A stretch of 64,000 bases of DNA from an uncultured virus (IMG/VR IMGVR_UViG_3300042898_006229) (lineage: Duplodnaviria; Heunggongvirae; Uroviricota; Caudoviricetes), in IMG/VR virus record IMGVR_UViG_3300042898_006229, one strand, 5' to 3'. A program made the translations under genes and the position numbers. Of this stretch, positions 1 to 8,538 are shown one piece after another; within the stretch, counting starts at the first letter, position 1; every line of letters begins with the position of its first letter. The notes below the pieces were generated by a model. The model was not told where the DNA came from. It saw only the letters and a program-made list of their open reading frames with translations, and made no database searches.

Positions 1-1
1 G

Positions 2-181
2 AATTACTTCTGCATCTAAGACAACATTATTTTCGTCTATATGTGCTTGAATGTCGTGAATAATTGCACTTATTTCTTCTGAATATTCTGATTTATGATC
101 AACAATAAAAACTTCTTTAAGTTGGACGATAGACAACCTATCAATAAGTTCAGATAAAGTTGGTAAATACTTTCTATTCAT
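2..181 (-). CDS. Partial CDS running off the window edge; small helical protein resembling DUF4254/DUF6165-type proteins
   Basis: Not in the ORF track. Manual translation from ATG 181-179: MNRKYLPTLSELIDRLSIVQLKEVFIVDHKSEYSEEISAIIHDIQAHIDENNVVLDAEVI..., open to the edge. The 'LIDRLSIxQLK' N-terminal motif is typical of these families. Confidence 0.6.
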   Translation of the reverse strand, partial: MNRKYLPTLSELIDRLSIVQLKEVFIVDHKSEYSEEISAIIHDIQAHIDENNVVLDAEVI

Positions 182-218
182 GAGAACATTATACCAACAA
201 TAAATGTATAATTTTTTT
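182..218. promoter_or_regulatory. Back-to-back sigma70-type -10 elements (divergent, probably leaderless promoters)
   Basis: Minus strand: TGG-TATAAT (193-188), 6 nt, ATG(181). Plus strand: TG-TATAAT (207-212), 6 nt, ATG(219). Confidence 0.6.
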
Positions 219-1202
219 ATGAAAAAAACTATTATTTTTTGTAATTCTCATGGGTATGGTGATATTTTACACTCTAGACAAGGTGTTAGATGGGTCGTTA
301 ATAAACTAGGTGATAATTTTAATTATTTTTATTTACATACTAAGGATAAAGATACTTGTTTTATTCATGAAAAAGTTACTGTAATTGCATTACCTCATTT
401 TATGTATGGTTGTACTGCATTGATATTAAAAAATAATCTTAAGTCTGAATTCTTTGATGATGCTCTTTGGGTAGATGTTTGGGCAGCAAGTTATGAGAAG
501 ATGAGAGAGATTGAAACTGGTGGCTACAAGCTTCCTGACGAAAATGGAAATTATCATTCTGGGTGTAAAGAAATTCAAGATTCAACTATTTGGCAAGCAA
601 AACTTTATCAAGAAAAAATCAACAATATAAATAGTTTTTTAATTGAAAATTTTTCGACTAAACAATTAGAAGTACCTGATCACAAAGAATTTGTTTGTGA
701 GTGGAATGCTAATCCTAAAAATAAATTCTTTGCTGATTCATTTTTAAAAAGAACACAAAATTTTGATTTACATGTAATGATTTGTAATGGAAATACAACA
801 TCTGGTCAAAGAAGAAATTATGTATATGAAGATGTACTTCGTGATTATATATTAAATAATCCAAAAATATGTTTTTATCTTACATCAAAAATAAATGAAA
901 TACAAGCTAATAATGTTTTTTACATTGATGACAATTTTCCAATTCCAAATCTAGATGAAATTGAATATATAATGAAGTTTTGTGACATAATTATAACAAG
1001 TCAATCTGGACCAGGCTGCTTAGCTTTCACTGATGCAATCGTTTATGATGAAAAGAAAACTTTAATTAATTTTTGTGTAGACAATATAGACTGGTACTTT
1101 GCAGATGGAGTTTGCGAATATGTTCGAACTTCTAACTTTGAGGATAACAATGTTCTCAATTTGATTAAGGAAAATATTGAACTTAAGTTGAACAAAAAAT
1201 GA
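219..1202 (+). CDS. Putative glycosyltransferase, GT-B fold, GT9-like
   Basis: N-terminal 'HGYGDILHS' and C-terminal 'CDIIITSQSGP' resemble the GT9 GD and DSGP motifs; first gene of a sugar operon. Start moved from 204 to ATG 219, 6 nt after TATAAT. Confidence 0.5.
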   Translation: MKKTIIFCNSHGYGDILHSRQGVRWVVNKLGDNFNYFYLHTKDKDTCFIHEKVTVIALPHFMYGCTALILKNNLKSEFFDDALWVDVWAASYEKMREIETGGYKLPDENGNYHSGCKEIQDSTIWQAKLYQEKINNINSFLIENFSTKQLEVPDHKEFVCEWNANPKNKFFADSFLKRTQNFDLHVMICNGNTTSGQRRNYVYEDVLRDYILNNPKICFYLTSKINEIQANNVFYIDDNFPIPNLDEIEYIMKFCDIIITSQSGPGCLAFTDAIVYDEKKTLINFCVDNIDWYFADGVCEYVRTSNFEDNNVLNLIKENIELKLNKK

Positions 1203-2152
1203 AAATAGTTTATGTAACAGGATGCTTAGGTTTCATTGGCAGCTATGTAACTAAAGCTTGCTTAGCACAAGGCTGGTATGTTTACGGCATTGATAGTTGT
1301 ACTTATGCATCTAATAATAAGTTCTTAGATGATTTTTCTAAAAACCCAAAATTTAAATTTGAAAATACTGATATCTGTAATATCAAAAGATTAGTTGATT
1401 GTGATTACTTTATAAACACTGCTGCAGAAACTCATGTTGATAATTCAATTCGTAAAAGTGATGATTTTCTTCATTCTAACGTAGTAGGTGTCCATCACAT
1501 TCTTGAGCTTCTTAAAAATTATAAAAAAGAAGGCTATATTTTACCAACATTTCTTCATTTTAGTACTGATGAAGTGTATGGTGATATTTCAAATGGAGCT
1601 CATACTGAATCAGATTTATTAAAACCATCCAATCCATATTCTGCTACAAAAGCTGCTGCAGATCAATTAATTATGGCTTGGTCAAGAACTTACGAATTAC
1701 CATATGTTATTGTCCGACCCACAAACAATTATGGATGTGGTCAATATGTTGAAAAATTAATTCCAAAAGCTTGTAAGTTTTTATCATTAGGTAGAAAAAT
1801 ACCTCTGCACAATAATGGAACACCAATCAGAAACTGGTTGCATGCAAAAGATACAGCTAGAGCAATTATTAAAATTATTGAATCAGGCTCAAGAAACGAA
1901 ATTTTCAATATTGCTGGTGGTTTTGAACAATCCAATCTAGACACTGTTTATAAAATAATCGAAGAATTTCATCCAAATTGTGACCAAGTCTATTTGGATC
2001 ATATTGACTTTAATGTTCATAGACCAGGTCAAGATGTTAGATATGCCCTTGATGATTCAAAAATAAAATCATTGGGTTGGGAGCCTAAGTGTATTTTTGA
2101 TGATGAGATTAAGGAAATTGTCAAATATTACAAAGAAACTTTTATTTGGTAA
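1199..2152 (+). CDS. rmlB: dTDP-glucose 4,6-dehydratase
   Basis: GCLGFIG Rossmann motif, AAETHVDNSI, STDEVYG, YSATK, NNYG, RPGQDVRY: the full RmlB/RfbB signature set. Confidence 0.9.
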   Translation: MKIVYVTGCLGFIGSYVTKACLAQGWYVYGIDSCTYASNNKFLDDFSKNPKFKFENTDICNIKRLVDCDYFINTAAETHVDNSIRKSDDFLHSNVVGVHHILELLKNYKKEGYILPTFLHFSTDEVYGDISNGAHTESDLLKPSNPYSATKAAADQLIMAWSRTYELPYVIVRPTNNYGCGQYVEKLIPKACKFLSLGRKIPLHNNGTPIRNWLHAKDTARAIIKIIESGSRNEIFNIAGGFEQSNLDTVYKIIEEFHPNCDQVYLDHIDFNVHRPGQDVRYALDDSKIKSLGWEPKCIFDDEIKEIVKYYKETFIW

Positions 2153-2161
2153 AATACAATT
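2147..2161 (+). promoter_or_regulatory. Extended -10 element 6 nt before the aldolase ATG
   Basis: TGG-TAAAAT (2150-2155), ACAATT, ATG(2162). Confidence 0.45.
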
Positions 2162-2962
2162 ATGAATAACAGAGAATTTGAATGTGTAAGAATTTTAACT
2201 GATTTAGTAGAAAACTACGGACTTGTTGGGGTGAAAACAAGTTTTGAAGACGAAGGCGCAAGTTTCAATGAAGTTCTTAGACTCAAAGAGATCTGTAATC
2301 AAGCCAAGACTAAAGTTACCTTAAAAATAGGTGGGCCAGAAGCTATAAGAGATATCAAAGATTCAATGATTATAGGTGTCAAGGGTTTAGTAGCACCTAT
2401 GGTTGAATCAGAATTTGGTCTACAAAAATTCATTGGTGCGGTAAATTCTAATTTACCAAGTGAAGTTGTAAGTTCTTTACAATTGAATGTCAACATAGAA
2501 ACAATCACTGCTGTTTCGAATATTGATAAAATTTTGTCTATCAAGCAAGCAGAAGCACTTTATGGAGTCACAGTTGGTAGAGTTGATTTAGTTTCATCTA
2601 TGAACAAAGATCGTAATGCTGTCAATTCTGAAGAAGTTTATCAGATCGCTCATAGTGTATTTGAAAAAACAAAGAAATTAGGTGCAAAAGCTTGTATTGG
2701 TGGTGCTGTATCTATTGATTCTCTAGATTTTCTTAAGAGATTACATTCTGGTAAGCTTTTAGATAAATTTGAAACCAGATATGCTATTTTTGATCCATCT
2801 ATAACATTGAAAAACCTATCAAGAGCATTATTCAAGGCTCAAATGTTCGAGTATGAATGGCTTACTAACAAGATGGAATATTACCAAAATCAAGCAACCC
2901 AAGATGAAGTTCGAATAAAAATGATTCAATCTCGCATTAATAAGTCGGCATCTGAACTTTGA
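2162..2962 (+). CDS. HpcH/HpaI aldolase / citrate-lyase-beta family protein
   Basis: KIGGPEA, GLVAPMVES, VNIETITAV, VGRVDL match the HpcH/HpaI TIM-barrel motifs (P-M-V, I-E-T, G-x-x-D-L). Confidence 0.8.
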   Translation: MNNREFECVRILTDLVENYGLVGVKTSFEDEGASFNEVLRLKEICNQAKTKVTLKIGGPEAIRDIKDSMIIGVKGLVAPMVESEFGLQKFIGAVNSNLPSEVVSSLQLNVNIETITAVSNIDKILSIKQAEALYGVTVGRVDLVSSMNKDRNAVNSEEVYQIAHSVFEKTKKLGAKACIGGAVSIDSLDFLKRLHSGKLLDKFETRYAIFDPSITLKNLSRALFKAQMFEYEWLTNKMEYYQNQATQDEVRIKMIQSRINKSASEL

Positions 2963-3597
2963 GAATTCTTGTCACGGGTGGTTCTAGGGGTATTGGTAAA
3001 GACATTTGTGACAAATTCATCAAGGAAGGTCACGAAGTCATAGCTCCAACTCGTGAAGAACTTGATTTATCACAACCTTTATCTTTCATTCCAGATAAAA
3101 TTGATGTTCTTATTAATAATGCTGGTATTAACTTCATAGATTCAGTTTTTGATGGTGAAAATTACGAAGAAATAATGCAAGTAAATTATTTCTCACCCTT
3201 AAGATTATTTAAGTTATGTTTACCTCATATGAAAAAGCAAAACTATGGAAGAATAATCAACATAGGAAGTGTGTGGGTTGATTATGCAAAATCGGGCAGG
3301 TCAGCTTATAGTGCAAGCAAAAATGCTCTACATTCTCTTACTAAATCTATAACTTCTGAATATGGAGCTTACAACATCCTGGCAAACACTGTGTCTCCTG
3401 GATTTTTTATTACTGATATGACATTACAGAATAATACAGAAGAAGCTATCAAAGAATTAAGAAGTAAAATTCCAGTTGGCAGATTGGGATACACAAATGA
3501 AGTTGCAGACTTGGTTTATTTTTTAACAATTAGAAATTCATACATTTCTGGTCAAAACATAGTTATTGATGGTGGATATTCATGCACAGCCAAATAA
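2959..3597 (+). CDS. Classical SDR oxidoreductase (FabG-like)
   Basis: TGGSRGIG, NNAG, YSASK catalytic YxxxK, SPG, ISGQNIVIDGG. TTG start overlaps the upstream stop. Confidence 0.9.
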   Translation: MRILVTGGSRGIGKDICDKFIKEGHEVIAPTREELDLSQPLSFIPDKIDVLINNAGINFIDSVFDGENYEEIMQVNYFSPLRLFKLCLPHMKKQNYGRIINIGSVWVDYAKSGRSAYSASKNALHSLTKSITSEYGAYNILANTVSPGFFITDMTLQNNTEEAIKELRSKIPVGRLGYTNEVADLVYFLTIRNSYISGQNIVIDGGYSCTAK

Positions 3598-4631
3598 CAG
3601 TCAAATCAAACATAAAAGATTATTCAGTTTCTTTTGTTTCTTTAGAAGACATTGATGAGCTTACTAATGAGGATAATCATTTAGTCATTATAGATAAAAA
3701 TGTTGCAAATCATTTTCCAAAATTGTTATATGGAGAAGCCATAATAGTTGACACAAGTGAAGAGCTAAAAACTTGGGAAGGATTGCAAATAATTTTTGAT
3801 AAATTCGTTGAGAAAAAAGTAAACACCCTTACAAAACTAGTAGTAATTGGCGGAGGTGTACTACAAGATGCTGCAGGTTTTTGCGCATCTGTTTTTTGCC
3901 GAGGAATTGAATATATTTTAATTCCAACTACTCTTCTTTCTCAAATTGATAGTTGTGTAGGTGGTAAAACTTCAATTAATTATAAATCTAGAAAAAACAT
4001 AATTGGTACATTTTATCCACCTAGTGAAATTCTTATTTGTGAAGATTTTCTTTACACTTTGTCTCATGAAGATTTTTGCAGTGGGCTTGGTGAATTATTT
4101 AAATTTGATTTATTGAGAAATAAAATTACAGACTCTCATATAGAAAAAATATTAGATGAAAAAGAATTAATTCCAGCTGATGTTTACGATAGTCTTACAT
4201 ACAAAATATCGATTTTAGAAATTGATGAGTTTGACAAAAAAGAAAGAAAATACTTAAACTTTGGTCATACTTTTGGACACGCATTAGAAATCACTTCCAA
4301 ATACAAACTGTCTCATGGTTATGCTGTAATTATTGGGTGCTTGATTGCTTTATATGTGAGTGAGAAGACTTATGGTAATTTTGACAAAAATATTTACCAA
4401 GCTGCTTTAAAAACTGCCAAAAAAATCTTAAGTAATACGGTGCAAATTGAGGAAAATTGGTTTGCTTACGATTCTTTAATGGAATGTGTAAAATCGGATA
4501 AGAAGAATACTGGCTGTTTAAATATGGTTCTCATTAAAGATAATAATCCAGTAATTCAAAAAATAGAAGATTATTCTATAATTAAAGAGGCACTGGTAAA
4601 AGTTTATGAAGCTCTCAGATTATGTAATTAA
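3582..4631 (+). CDS. 3-dehydroquinate synthase-like sugar-phosphate cyclase (AroB-related)
   Basis: IGGGVLQD, PTTLLSQIDSCVGGKT, GLGELFK, LNFGHTFGHALE, LSHGYAV, SDKK; the metal-binding E/H/H residues are present. Confidence 0.85.
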   Translation: MHSQITVKSNIKDYSVSFVSLEDIDELTNEDNHLVIIDKNVANHFPKLLYGEAIIVDTSEELKTWEGLQIIFDKFVEKKVNTLTKLVVIGGGVLQDAAGFCASVFCRGIEYILIPTTLLSQIDSCVGGKTSINYKSRKNIIGTFYPPSEILICEDFLYTLSHEDFCSGLGELFKFDLLRNKITDSHIEKILDEKELIPADVYDSLTYKISILEIDEFDKKERKYLNFGHTFGHALEITSKYKLSHGYAVIIGCLIALYVSEKTYGNFDKNIYQAALKTAKKILSNTVQIEENWFAYDSLMECVKSDKKNTGCLNMVLIKDNNPVIQKIEDYSIIKEALVKVYEALRLCN

Positions 4632-6330
4632 ATTTCTTCACGACAATTATGATGTAGACACGATTTTTACATTATCAGGTGGTGGTTGTATTCACTTGAT
4701 TGATTCTTTAGGTAAATCTGAGAATGTAAATTATATTGCCACACATCATGAACAAGGTGCTGCAATTGCTGCTGAAGGCTATGCAAGAAAGAAAAATAAA
4801 CTTGGCGCCTGTATTGTTACATCAGGACCAGGTGGAACAAATGCCCTTACTGGGACTTTGTGTAGTTATTTGGACTCAATTCCAGTAATAGTTGTAAGCG
4901 GACAAGTAAATAAACCACTAACCACTAATTTCACAAATTTGGATCTAAGGCAACTGGGCGATCAAGAATTTGACATTGTAAAAACTGCAAAAACAATGAC
5001 AAAATATGCTGTTCAAGTTAATGACCCTGAAGAAATTCGCTATCATTTGGAAAAAGCTTGTTATTTAGCTACAACAAAAAGACCAGGTCCTGTATGGATT
5101 GATATACCTTTAGATGTTCAGTCTGCACAAATAGATCCATCTAAATTAAAACCATTTATTTCAAGCATCCATGATAATAAGTTAGCCGATTATGACTATG
5201 TTTCTTTAGTAAATAAATGGAATAGTTCAAAAAAGCCATTAATGATAGTTGGAAATGGAGTAAGACTTTCAGGCGCAATTGAATCATTGTATAAGTTGTT
5301 AAAGAAGACCAATATACCTGTAATAACTGCCGTTAACGGTAATGACATAGTCAATGAGTCATACCCGTACTATTTTGGCAGATTTGGTACTCATGCTCAA
5401 ATTTGTGCAAACAAACTTATAAATGAAGCTGATTTTATAATATCAATAGGTTCTAGATTGTATGTAAGACAAATTGGTTATAATTTTGATGATTTTGGTA
5501 AGAATGCATACAAAATTGCAGTTGATATTGATATAAATGAACTTGAAAAACCAACATTGAGATTGGATCAAAAAATATGCGAAGATGCTAAAAAGTTTAT
5601 TAACGATTTAAATAAACTTTTTATTAACAAAAGTTCAAAATCTTGGTTACAGTGTTGCGAATCATTTAAAACACATAAAGTTTTAGACAAGCATAGAAAT
5701 AAAACTGAATTTGTTAGTAATTACTATTTGATTGAAAAAATTTCAGAACTATTGCCATCTGACTATGACATTGTCACAAGTGATGGATCTGCCAATGTTA
5801 TAACAATGCAAGTGGTAGAACTTAAAGATAATCAAAGATTAATTACAAATACTGGTTGTGCTCCGATGGGTTATGGTTTACCTTGTGCGATAGGGGTTGC
5901 TTCCACTGGTCAAAAAACTTTATGTATTGAGGGTGATGGAAGTTTGCATCTTAATATCCATGAACTTCAAACTATGATGCATAACAAATTACCCATTAAG
6001 TTATTACTACTAAATAATGATGGATATTTATCGATAAAGGTTACTCAAAAAACTTTTTTTAATGGTCACTATGTTGCTTCAGAAAAATCAAGTGGAGTAT
6101 CTTTTCCTGATTTTATGAAGATAGCTGACGCATACAGTATTCCATATTTTGAAATTAAAAATAACAATCAAATTGACAAAGTTTTAACTGATTTTTTTAA
6201 ATTTGATGGGCCTTGTTTTTGCCAAGTATTTACTGATCCTGACGAAAGTTTTGAACCTAAAGTGATTGCTAAAATGGATGAAAATGGAAGATTTATTCCG
6301 GGACGTTTATCTGAAGCTCAATGGAATTAG
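4606..6330 (+). CDS. Thiamine-diphosphate-dependent enzyme (acetolactate-synthase-like, probably a YerE-type carboligase)
   Basis: HHEQGAAIAAEGYAR, TSGPGGTN, RPGPVWIDIPLD and the GDG...NN ThDP motif (EGDGSLHLN...LLNNDGY). It lies among NDP-sugar genes with no ilv context. Confidence 0.85.
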   Translation: MKLSDYVIKFLHDNYDVDTIFTLSGGGCIHLIDSLGKSENVNYIATHHEQGAAIAAEGYARKKNKLGACIVTSGPGGTNALTGTLCSYLDSIPVIVVSGQVNKPLTTNFTNLDLRQLGDQEFDIVKTAKTMTKYAVQVNDPEEIRYHLEKACYLATTKRPGPVWIDIPLDVQSAQIDPSKLKPFISSIHDNKLADYDYVSLVNKWNSSKKPLMIVGNGVRLSGAIESLYKLLKKTNIPVITAVNGNDIVNESYPYYFGRFGTHAQICANKLINEADFIISIGSRLYVRQIGYNFDDFGKNAYKIAVDIDINELEKPTLRLDQKICEDAKKFINDLNKLFINKSSKSWLQCCESFKTHKVLDKHRNKTEFVSNYYLIEKISELLPSDYDIVTSDGSANVITMQVVELKDNQRLITNTGCAPMGYGLPCAIGVASTGQKTLCIEGDGSLHLNIHELQTMMHNKLPIKLLLLNNDGYLSIKVTQKTFFNGHYVASEKSSGVSFPDFMKIADAYSIPYFEIKNNNQIDKVLTDFFKFDGPCFCQVFTDPDESFEPKVIAKMDENGRFIPGRLSEAQWN

Positions 6331-6331
6331 T

Positions 6332-7159
6332 ATGAAAAAAATTTTAATCACTGGTGCTGATGGATATATAGCAAGAAACATTATAAAAAAATTTTCAAAT
6401 TATGACTTGACTGTGGTAAATAGAACAAAATTAAATTTATTAGATGAAAAATTAGTAAAAAATTTTTTTAAATTTAGACATTTTGACGCTGTCATACACA
6501 CTGCTACTTCTGGAGGAAGTAGACTTAATATAGACTCGCATGATGTATTTTATGAGAATTGTTTAATGCATCAAAATATTTTAGAAAACGCATCTTCTTT
6601 TGATAAATTAATTTCATTTGGTTCAGGCGCAGAATTAGACAGAAGATATGACATAAATCCTTCTGCAGATTTAATGAGTGCTTATCCAATTGATCCCTAT
6701 GGAATGAGCAAAAATTTTATAGCAAAATCTGGTCTTTTATATCCTAATTTTCACAATATAAGAATATTTAATGTTTTTAACGAAGATGAACTAATAACCA
6801 GAATGATCAAAGCAAATATAATAAATTATTTGAATAACAAGCCAATAATCATTCATCAGGACAAGTGGATGGATTTCTTTTATATGGATGATTTGTGTGA
6901 AGTTGTAAAATTCGTAATCGAATCTAATCTAAAACAAAAAATTATTAATTGTTCATATCAAGAAAAACACAAGTTATCAGATATCGCTACTATGATTAAT
7001 AATTTGTCAGATCATAAAGTTGATATTATCGTAAATGATTCAAAGATTGGCTTCAATTATTATGGTGATTACAACTTACATTTATTTGATATAGATCTAT
7101 ATGGATTGCAAATGGGTATAACAAATACATACCAAAAAATAAGGAATGAATTAAATTGA
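6332..7159 (+). CDS. NAD-dependent epimerase/dehydratase (extended SDR; possible NDP-sugar ketoreductase)
   Basis: MKKILITGADGYIA, FGSGAE, YGMSK, DFFYMDDL. True start is probably ATG 6332, just after the upstream TAG, rather than 6266. Confidence 0.85.
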   Translation: MKKILITGADGYIARNIIKKFSNYDLTVVNRTKLNLLDEKLVKNFFKFRHFDAVIHTATSGGSRLNIDSHDVFYENCLMHQNILENASSFDKLISFGSGAELDRRYDINPSADLMSAYPIDPYGMSKNFIAKSGLLYPNFHNIRIFNVFNEDELITRMIKANIINYLNNKPIIIHQDKWMDFFYMDDLCEVVKFVIESNLKQKIINCSYQEKHKLSDIATMINNLSDHKVDIIVNDSKIGFNYYGDYNLHLFDIDLYGLQMGITNTYQKIRNELN

Positions 7160-7956
7160 AGAACTTGTTAGTAAATTTTTCTGTTGGCGATAAGTGTATA
7201 GATTCTCTTGAAGGGGATATTTTTTTAAAATCACTTTCAAAATTCAAGACATTCGAAAAAGCAGTTTTTGTTAGCAACGTTAGCCCTAATAATATCAAAA
7301 AGTTAGAAAAATATTTCGATATTATCATTCCTAATAATGAAAATTTATATACTAGCTATTTAGCATTGTATAATTGGTTAGTTCAACATATTGATGAATA
7401 CAAATATGTAATGCATTCTGACCTACGAGATGTCATTATTCAAAAAGATCCATTTGAATTTTTCGAGTCTAATCCAGAAACAAATATGTTTTACTCTTTA
7501 GAGGGAATGCAAATTAAAGATAATGACTGCAATTTGTGGTGGGAACAATCTTTAAAAAGTATTCTTAGATCTCATAATGACTCTTACGAAAATGAATATG
7601 TCATAAATGGTGGAATTTTTGGTGGAAAGATAGAGCATATGATTAACCATTGCCTTATGATGTTTTCAAATACAAACAGAAAATCTCCATTTTTAGTAAT
7701 GGATCAACAATTTTTAGGCTACTTGAGCCAGTATCTGAAAGCAAATCCAAAAAATATGCTTTGTCATCCCTACAATGATACTTTTGCTTGTACTGGTGAA
7801 GCAATAAAAAGAGATAACGTTGAAGTTTATTTTGATGGTAACTATGTCACTAATAAAGATGGAGAACCTTATTGTATTTTTCATCAATGGGATAGAACAG
7901 AATTATCTAAACATTTTATTTTAAAAGAAAAAAATACTTTATCTTTTAGTTTATAA
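7156..7956 (+). CDS. Putative glycosyltransferase, GT-A-like
   Basis: HSDLRDVIIQKDPF (DxxD), INGGIFGG, MDQ and HQWDR motifs, as in phage nucleotide-diphospho-sugar transferases. Confidence 0.6.
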   Translation: MKNLLVNFSVGDKCIDSLEGDIFLKSLSKFKTFEKAVFVSNVSPNNIKKLEKYFDIIIPNNENLYTSYLALYNWLVQHIDEYKYVMHSDLRDVIIQKDPFEFFESNPETNMFYSLEGMQIKDNDCNLWWEQSLKSILRSHNDSYENEYVINGGIFGGKIEHMINHCLMMFSNTNRKSPFLVMDQQFLGYLSQYLKANPKNMLCHPYNDTFACTGEAIKRDNVEVYFDGNYVTNKDGEPYCIFHQWDRTELSKHFILKEKNTLSFSL

Positions 7957-8538
7957 GTCTTTTTCAACTTCAAAGTCTTTTAGATCAACAGCATTTTCAG
8001 ATTTAACTTCATTTTTCGTTGCTAGTATAAGTTGAATTGTTTCAAATTCTTTCATTGAAATATTTGAAAATTCATCTTTACTCATAGATACCAGCCCTCT
8101 TATCATGTAGTCAATTTCTACTAGTAAAGGGGGCACTGGAAATGTTTCAGTGTGATTAGGGTTAAAATACTTTTTAGCTGAAACGTAATAAAAATTTGCT
8201 TCATCTGCACTTAAGTATAGATATTTTTGAAATTCTAACCAAAGCTTTTCAATTGTAACATGATCTATTTTATTAAGTAATGAAGATTCAAATTCTGAAA
8301 TAAAATCAACATTGTTTTTAGTGTCATACGCTCTTAAAATAGATAATTTTAAGATTTCTCTTTTTTCAAATTCTGAATTTTGATAAATAATATTATCTTT
8401 TTTTCTAAAAGACTTTGCATCAATCAAAAGCCCTTCTTTCCATGTAATTTCTCGAACAATAAATTTAGTAGTATCAATATCGATAATATGAACTTTATCG
8501 TTTTTTATTTTTTCGTAGTATTCTATAAAATCTTTCAT
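7951..8538 (-). CDS. Putative tail assembly chaperone-like protein
   Basis: Acidic 195 aa with 'FIVREITWKE' (chaperone-like RELTxxE), directly after a tube-like gene. Confidence 0.35.
   Translation of the reverse strand: MKDFIEYYEKIKNDKVHIIDIDTTKFIVREITWKEGLLIDAKSFRKKDNIIYQNSEFEKREILKLSILRAYDTKNNVDFISEFESSLLNKIDHVTIEKLWLEFQKYLYLSADEANFYYVSAKKYFNPNHTETFPVPPLLVEIDYMIRGLVSMSKDEFSNISMKEFETIQLILATKNEVKSENAVDLKDFEVEKDL

Noticed and set aside
3582..6330. Amino-acid biosynthesis auxiliary genes (aroB, ilvB)
   Set aside because: No other shikimate or branched-chain amino-acid genes are present and both are embedded among NDP-sugar enzymes; gene symbols were withheld.
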